DNA from: Nitrospirae bacterium MYbin3
GTDB lineage: Bacteria > Nitrospirota > Thermodesulfovibrionia > Thermodesulfovibrionales > Dissulfurispiraceae
Assembly: GCA_002753335.1 (NCBI GenBank)
Contig: PEAD01000003.1
Span: 1 to 64,000, forward strand
Length of the DNA stretch: 64,000 nucleotides
Direction: 5' to 3'
How positions within the stretch are numbered: the first letter of the stretch is position 1; each line of letters starts with the position of its first letter. The notes beneath the pieces were generated by a model. The model worked only from the letters and a program-made list of their open reading frames with translations. It searched no databases and was not told the origin of the DNA. A program made the position numbers and the translations under genes. Positions 59,136 through 64,000 of the stretch are shown here, in pieces.

Positions 59136-59953
59136 AAGACTCCAACTACAGGATAAGAAAAGGCAAGATACTCCGCACAAAGCAGCTTACGAAGCTGGAG
59201 AAGCTTTTCGAGATTGCGCTTGACGGCGGAGAGAGTCTCGATCAGGAGCCGGGACAGTTTGTTATGGTATCAATTTTCGGAGTGGGTGAAGCTCCGATTT
59301 CGGTCTGTTCATCCCCAACGAAGAGAGGCTCGTTTGAACTCTGTGTTAGGGATGCAGGAAAGGTCACCGGAGCAATGCACAGGCTTGAAGCGGGCGATGA
59401 GATTGGAATAAGGGGCCCTTACGGGAAGGGCTTTCCTATAAGAATACTTGAGGGCAATGACCTTCTAATGGTTGCAGGAGGCCTTGGCATAGCTCCGCTC
59501 AGGTCGCTCATTAAATATGCGTTTGACAACCGCCGCGATTTCGGCAAGATTCATATTATGCTCGGCTGCAAGACCTCCGATGACCTGCTGTTTGAGGATG
59601 AACTCAACCAGTGGTTCAAGAGAATGGATGTGCATTACGAATGCACCGTGGACCGTGCAGCCTCTGACTGGGATGGTCATGTAGGACAGATAACCACTTT
59701 GCTGCCGGGCGTGCATTTAGAGACCGAGAGGACTTTTGCGATAGTTGTCGGGCCTCCGGTCATGTACAAGTTTGTTTTAAGGGAGCTCATTAAAAAGAAT
59801 ATTCCTGAAAATCAGATCATACTTTCTTTTGAAAGGCATATGAAATGCGGAATGGGCAAATGCGGCCGCTGCCAGATACAGAACCTTTACTGCTGTCAGG
59901 ATGGGCCTGTCTTTAATTATGCTGACATAAAAAATATGAGCGAGGCATTGTAA
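59117..59953 (+). CDS. Group 3b hydrogenase gamma subunit (FAD/NAD(P)-binding, 2Fe-2S)
   Basis: PGQF, GEAPIS, RGPYG, AGGLG.APL and ER.MKCG.GKCG.C motifs. Confidence 0.92.
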   Translation: MEKVVIKDSNYRIRKGKILRTKQLTKLEKLFEIALDGGESLDQEPGQFVMVSIFGVGEAPISVCSSPTKRGSFELCVRDAGKVTGAMHRLEAGDEIGIRGPYGKGFPIRILEGNDLLMVAGGLGIAPLRSLIKYAFDNRRDFGKIHIMLGCKTSDDLLFEDELNQWFKRMDVHYECTVDRAASDWDGHVGQITTLLPGVHLETERTFAIVVGPPVMYKFVLRELIKKNIPENQIILSFERHMKCGMGKCGRCQIQNLYCCQDGPVFNYADIKNMSEAL

Positions 59954-60714
59954 TGAAACGACCAAAGGTTGGATTTTTCGATTTTGCCTGCTGTGAGGGC
60001 TGCCAGCTTCAGGTGGCTAATTTCGGAGAGGAGCTTCTCGATATTTTAGATGTAATAGATGTTGTGGAGTTCCGCGAGGTGATGTCCGAAAAGTGGGAAG
60101 GTGATTTTGATGTTGCCATAGTTGAGGGCAGCATCACAGACAAACATGCTGTTGAGCGTATAAAACGCATCAGGGAGCGCTCTAAAGTTCTTATCGCTTA
60201 CGGCTCCTGTGCCACTATCGGCGGAGTCAACGGCATGAAGAACGCTTTCGACCTTACGGATATCAGGAAGTATGTTTACGGAAGCGACTATAAATTTTTC
60301 AAGACACAAATGACCAAGGCGCTGCATCAGGTAGTCAAGGTCGATTATTTCGTGAACGGCTGCCCTATTTATCCTCCTGAGCTTGTTAAGGTGTTGAAGG
60401 CCGCTCTTCAGGGCATTCCTTATTATGTGCCTGATTACGCCGTCTGTGTGGACTGCAGACTAAATGAAAATGTCTGCATGTACGAAAAGGGCGTAACCTG
60501 CTTCGGGCCGGTGACGAGGGCCGGATGCAATTCGTGGTGCGTGAACAACGGGAACATCTGCTACGGTTGCCGCGGTATCGTAAGCAATCCAAATGAAAAA
60601 GGCATGAAAGAAGTGCTGACAAAACATAATATACCGATCGAGTTTATCCTGAATAAAGTGAACATGTATAACAAATGCAGGGAACTGGTGGAAGGCGGCG
60701 AAGATGACGAATAA
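59953..60714 (+). CDS. Group 3b [NiFe]-hydrogenase small (delta) subunit
   Basis: CCEGC, GSCA..GG, GCP and C.GPVT.AGC...C.GCRG motifs. Confidence 0.93.
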   Translation: MKRPKVGFFDFACCEGCQLQVANFGEELLDILDVIDVVEFREVMSEKWEGDFDVAIVEGSITDKHAVERIKRIRERSKVLIAYGSCATIGGVNGMKNAFDLTDIRKYVYGSDYKFFKTQMTKALHQVVKVDYFVNGCPIYPPELVKVLKAALQGIPYYVPDYAVCVDCRLNENVCMYEKGVTCFGPVTRAGCNSWCVNNGNICYGCRGIVSNPNEKGMKEVLTKHNIPIEFILNKVNMYNKCRELVEGGEDDE

Positions 60715-62035
60715 GAAAACTTTGAACATTAATGTCGAATATATTACGAGGGTCGAGGGCCACGGCAACATAGTTGTAAATGTGAAAGACGGCAGCCTCG
60801 AAAAATGCCAGCTTGACATAGTGGAGTCGCCGCGCTTTTTTGAGGGCATGCTGAGAGGCCGGTCGGTTTTTGAGGCGCAGCATATCACATCGAGAATATG
60901 CGGCATCTGCTCATGCGGCCACACGCTCGCATCAATTCAGGCGGCTGAGGATGCTCTTGGCTTTGTACCTTCGGAACAGACGATAAAGCTCAGGAAGCTG
61001 CTGCTTCATTACGAAACACTTGACAGCCACATACTGCACATATATCTTCTTGCAGCTCCGGACCTTCTTGGTGTGAAGAGTTTTGTTCCTCTTATAGATT
61101 CACACAACAAGGTTGTCAGAAGGGCGCTTAGGATGAAAAAGACCTGCAACGAGGTCTGCGAAATACTTGTAGGACGCCATGTTCATCCTATATCCGCTAT
61201 CGCCGGAGGCTTTACCAAGCTGCCGCGTGAAAAAGACCTTGACGACATGCTGAGTAAACTTGAAGGCATGAGGCCTGATATGCAAGCTACAGTCGAGCTT
61301 GCGCTTACGCTCAAATTCCCTGACTTTGAACGCGACACAGAATATGTTGCACTTGTCAGTGATGATAACGAATATCCGATGCTTATGGGAGAGGTCGGTT
61401 CGACCGACGGCGTGAGGATGAATAAAAAAGACTACAAAAAGATCACAAATGAATTTATAGTCCCGCATTCATCCGCAAAACATACAAAGCTAAGCCGCGA
61501 GGCGTATGCTGTGGGCGCGCTTGCCCGCTTCAATCTTAACTCAGACAAACTTCACCCAAAGGCCAAGGAAGTGGCTACTGCAGTGGGTTTGAAGCCTATA
61601 TGCAAGAATCCTTTCTTGAATACCGCCGCGCAGCTTATAGAGAGCGTGCATTGTCTTGAAGACTGCATAAGGATAATAACCGAGTTGAAAAACAGCGGCA
61701 TAAATTACAACGAAGAAATTGTGGTCGGCCTCAACGAGCATGGCAAGATACCTGTGAAGGCCGGCAACGGTGCAGGAGCAGTAGAGGTGCCGCGCGGAAT
61801 TCTCTTCCATAACTACGAGATTGATGATAAAGGTGTAATACAGAACGCTAACTGCATAATACCGACGAACCAGAACCTGAATAACATCGAATATGACATG
61901 AAGAAACTGGTTCCTGAAATGCTGGATAAGAGCGAAGCCGAAATAACCCTTGGCCTCGAAATGCTGGTGCGCGCTTATGACCCCTGCATATCCTGCTCAA
62001 CCCATTTCCTGAATGTGAAGTTTGTCAACAGGTGA
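60704..62035 (+). CDS. Group 3b [NiFe]-hydrogenase large (alpha) subunit
   Basis: RVEGHG; L1 RICGIC; L2 DPCISCSTH followed by a cleavable tail FLNVKFVNR. Confidence 0.95.
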   Translation: MTNKKTLNINVEYITRVEGHGNIVVNVKDGSLEKCQLDIVESPRFFEGMLRGRSVFEAQHITSRICGICSCGHTLASIQAAEDALGFVPSEQTIKLRKLLLHYETLDSHILHIYLLAAPDLLGVKSFVPLIDSHNKVVRRALRMKKTCNEVCEILVGRHVHPISAIAGGFTKLPREKDLDDMLSKLEGMRPDMQATVELALTLKFPDFERDTEYVALVSDDNEYPMLMGEVGSTDGVRMNKKDYKKITNEFIVPHSSAKHTKLSREAYAVGALARFNLNSDKLHPKAKEVATAVGLKPICKNPFLNTAAQLIESVHCLEDCIRIITELKNSGINYNEEIVVGLNEHGKIPVKAGNGAGAVEVPRGILFHNYEIDDKGVIQNANCIIPTNQNLNNIEYDMKKLVPEMLDKSEAEITLGLEMLVRAYDPCISCSTHFLNVKFVNR

Positions 62036-62501
62036 GATAAAAGATCTTTTTAAACCTATTCCCGACGGCTTGATACTTGTCATCACCGTCGGGAATTCTT
62101 TTCGTTCTGACGATGGTGTCGGTCCTTATATTTCGGCTAACGCTGTTGCTCTTCTTCCAGGAATAGCTGTTCTTAATGCCGGAGACAAACCCGAAAACAT
62201 AATAGATAAGGCTGTCGAGCTTAAGCCAGCTAGAACTATAATAATTGACGCTGCAGATTTCGGCGGGTCTGCGGGCGAAATCAGGCTTTTGCCTGTCGAG
62301 ATGATTCCATCCACTACTTTAAGCACACACACATTTCCCCTGCCTGTGGTCGCAAAAGTGATTGCTGAAGATACCGGCTCAGAAATATTTTTTGTGGGTA
62401 TTCAGGCCAAGGGCATGGATTTTGGCGAGGGGCTTTCGGATGAAGTAAAGGCGGCGGCGGAGTTTGTTTTGAAATGTATTTCGGTTTCGCATGAATCATA
62501 A
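62022..62501 (+). CDS. Hydrogenase maturation endopeptidase (HycI-like)
   Basis: GN..RSDDGVG, PEN, IDAAD and STH motifs. Confidence 0.92.
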   Translation: MSTGEIKDLFKPIPDGLILVITVGNSFRSDDGVGPYISANAVALLPGIAVLNAGDKPENIIDKAVELKPARTIIIDAADFGGSAGEIRLLPVEMIPSTTLSTHTFPLPVVAKVIAEDTGSEIFFVGIQAKGMDFGEGLSDEVKAAAEFVLKCISVSHES

Positions 62502-62538
62502 TTTTTTATACCAAGATAAAAACATGTTATATTACTAA

Positions 62539-63171
62539 ATGGAACTGGTACCGATAAAGATCGACAACGGAGAGGAAAAAGCCTGGAATCAGGTCTGCGG
62601 ACTTCCGCGCAAGGATGTCTGTCAGAAGACCGGAGCCGATTTTGATACTAAAGAAGGCGCTTACAGGCTCAAAAGTTTTGGCCGCGATTTCCTTGTAAAT
62701 CCATGCGAAATGGGCATTAAGGGCACATCAGACAACTGCGGGCTGTTTTTGGGAAAGCTCAAGGATTTTTTCAGGATCGCGACCCTATGGTATATGAACA
62801 GTGCTCTGGACATTCCTCAAACCGGAAGGCTTGTGCGTCCTGTTGATGTGAAGGGCGGCCACAGGTTTACGGTCGGCACGCATGTTCTTCCTCTCGATGC
62901 TATTGCTGCAAAATTCGCTAAAGACCCTGAAGGCTTCATCAAAAAAGGACAGGAATACGGGGCCGAAGTTCTGACAGGCTATGGCGATGCCTATATAAAA
63001 CTATATCCGTTTCCGCGAGTTCCTGTAACAATGCTTCTTTGGCTTGAGGATGAGGAGTTCCCCGCAAAGGTGGATCTGTTTTTTGATTCAACCTGCGAAC
63101 TGCAGTTGTCACTTTCTGATGTGGTCTGGGCAGTATCAATGATGTGCTGTCTCATAATGCTCGAAGATTAA
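62539..63171 (+). CDS. DUF3786-like protein
   Basis: GD......FPRVP....LW..DEEFP......FD pattern. Confidence 0.75.
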   Translation: MELVPIKIDNGEEKAWNQVCGLPRKDVCQKTGADFDTKEGAYRLKSFGRDFLVNPCEMGIKGTSDNCGLFLGKLKDFFRIATLWYMNSALDIPQTGRLVRPVDVKGGHRFTVGTHVLPLDAIAAKFAKDPEGFIKKGQEYGAEVLTGYGDAYIKLYPFPRVPVTMLLWLEDEEFPAKVDLFFDSTCELQLSLSDVVWAVSMMCCLIMLED

Positions 63172-63671
63172 TGCATGACGAACTCCTCGAAATAGTTGAC
63201 TCTGACGGCAATACCATAGCTACAGCCCCGCGTTCAGAGATTCACGGCAATCCTTCGCTGCTCCATAAAGTTGTTCATCTGCTTGTGTTCAACGATGCCG
63301 GAGAATTGCTGCTCCAGAAGCGCTCCATGAAAAAAGATGTTGCCCCCGGAAAATGGGATACCTCGGTCGGCGGCCACATATCGCCCGGAGAGGATTTGAT
63401 AACGGCAGCAAAGCGTGAAACAGAAGAAGAACTCGGCATAATTCCTGATAACCCGAAATTTTTATATTCATACATACATTCAAACTCGCATGAAAGCGAG
63501 CTTGTTTATACTTACTCCGGCACCTACAACGGGCCGTTCGAGTTCAACAGGGATGAGATTGATGAGGTTAAATTCTGGAGCCTTGATGACATAAAAAATG
63601 AGTTCGGCAGCGGCAGGCTCAGTGATAATTTTGAACACGAGATTAACAAGTATTTTGAGGCAACTGCGTAA
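63171..63671 (+). CDS. NUDIX hydrolase (Idi/YfcD-like)
   Basis: LLQKRS..K...PG.WD; GGH...GE....AA.RE..EELG Nudix box; TAATG coupling with the upstream stop. Confidence 0.9.
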   Translation: MHDELLEIVDSDGNTIATAPRSEIHGNPSLLHKVVHLLVFNDAGELLLQKRSMKKDVAPGKWDTSVGGHISPGEDLITAAKRETEEELGIIPDNPKFLYSYIHSNSHESELVYTYSGTYNGPFEFNRDEIDEVKFWSLDDIKNEFGSGRLSDNFEHEINKYFEATA

Positions 63672-63680
63672 CCTTTTAAC

Positions 63681-64000
63681 CTATTTTCCCCATGTTGCGA
63701 TGAAGTCTTTGTATGTTGTTCCGAATGAGTCTTTAAAGGCCTGATTCAGGTCTGTTCCTTTGCCCATTGCCTGCAAGAAATCCTTAAGCCTGTATAAGCC
63801 GTATCTATCTACCAAATATGAAACAGCCGAATAGCTCTGCCAGTAGGCTATCCAGACTTTGTCTCCTCTAATGCCTGTAAATGTATTTTCAAGATAGGTC
63901 ATCGGGATTATCTGTCCGCTTTTCTTTTCGTATGGCGTCGAGAAATATTCTGCGAGCCCCTCGTTAATCCATAGGGGACAGCGCGATGTAAGCATATGAA
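63681..64000 (-). CDS. Peptidase MA-like metallopeptidase, C-terminal part (truncated by window edge)
   Basis: PLWINEGLAEY...AY..S...V.YL...YG. Confidence 0.75.
   Translation of the reverse strand, partial: HMLTSRCPLWINEGLAEYFSTPYEKKSGQIIPMTYLENTFTGIRGDKVWIAYWQSYSAVSYLVDRYGLYRLKDFLQAMGKGTDLNQAFKDSFGTTYKDFIATWGK

Noticed and set aside
60704..62035. [NiFeSe] hydrogenase
   Set aside because: The L2 motif is DPCISC encoded by Cys codons, with no in-frame TGA.

Overview
Bacterial chromosomal window. Gene content and style suggest an anaerobic Nitrospirota/Thermodesulfovibrionia-like or Desulfobacterota-like organism (inference). In order it contains: the distal spc/alpha ribosomal cluster (rplR-rpsE-rplO-secY-map-infA-rpmJ-rpsM-rpsK-rpsD-rpoA-rplQ, with no rpmD or adk); an unannotated small membrane ORF with an in-frame TGA and a SECIS-like hairpin; a detached atpB-atpE pair; assorted housekeeping genes (glgC, larE-like, PBP1A, parAB); an integrase-less accessory/defence islet of about 9-10 kb at the 3' end of tRNA-Pro(GGG) (two toxin-antitoxin pairs, an AEP primase-SF2 helicase fusion, an unknown protein, SNF2 and SWIM); ihfA, prmA and glyQS; a type IV minor-pilin cassette; lysS and ppdK; a MacAB-TolC-type exporter whose adaptor carries an N-terminal GAF domain, directly downstream of three paralogous signal-peptide genes encoding Pro/Gly/Lys/Met-rich repeat proteins, each with its own copied promoter, leader hairpin and terminator; an FKBP PPIase, nfo, argB, HDOD/GGDEF genes and zapAB; and a group 3b [NiFe]-hydrogenase operon. 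The best novelty candidates are the repeat-protein array with the GAF-fused exporter (43997-51776) and the putative selenopeptide after rplQ (6751-6885). All family assignments come from motif recognition by eye, not from database searches.
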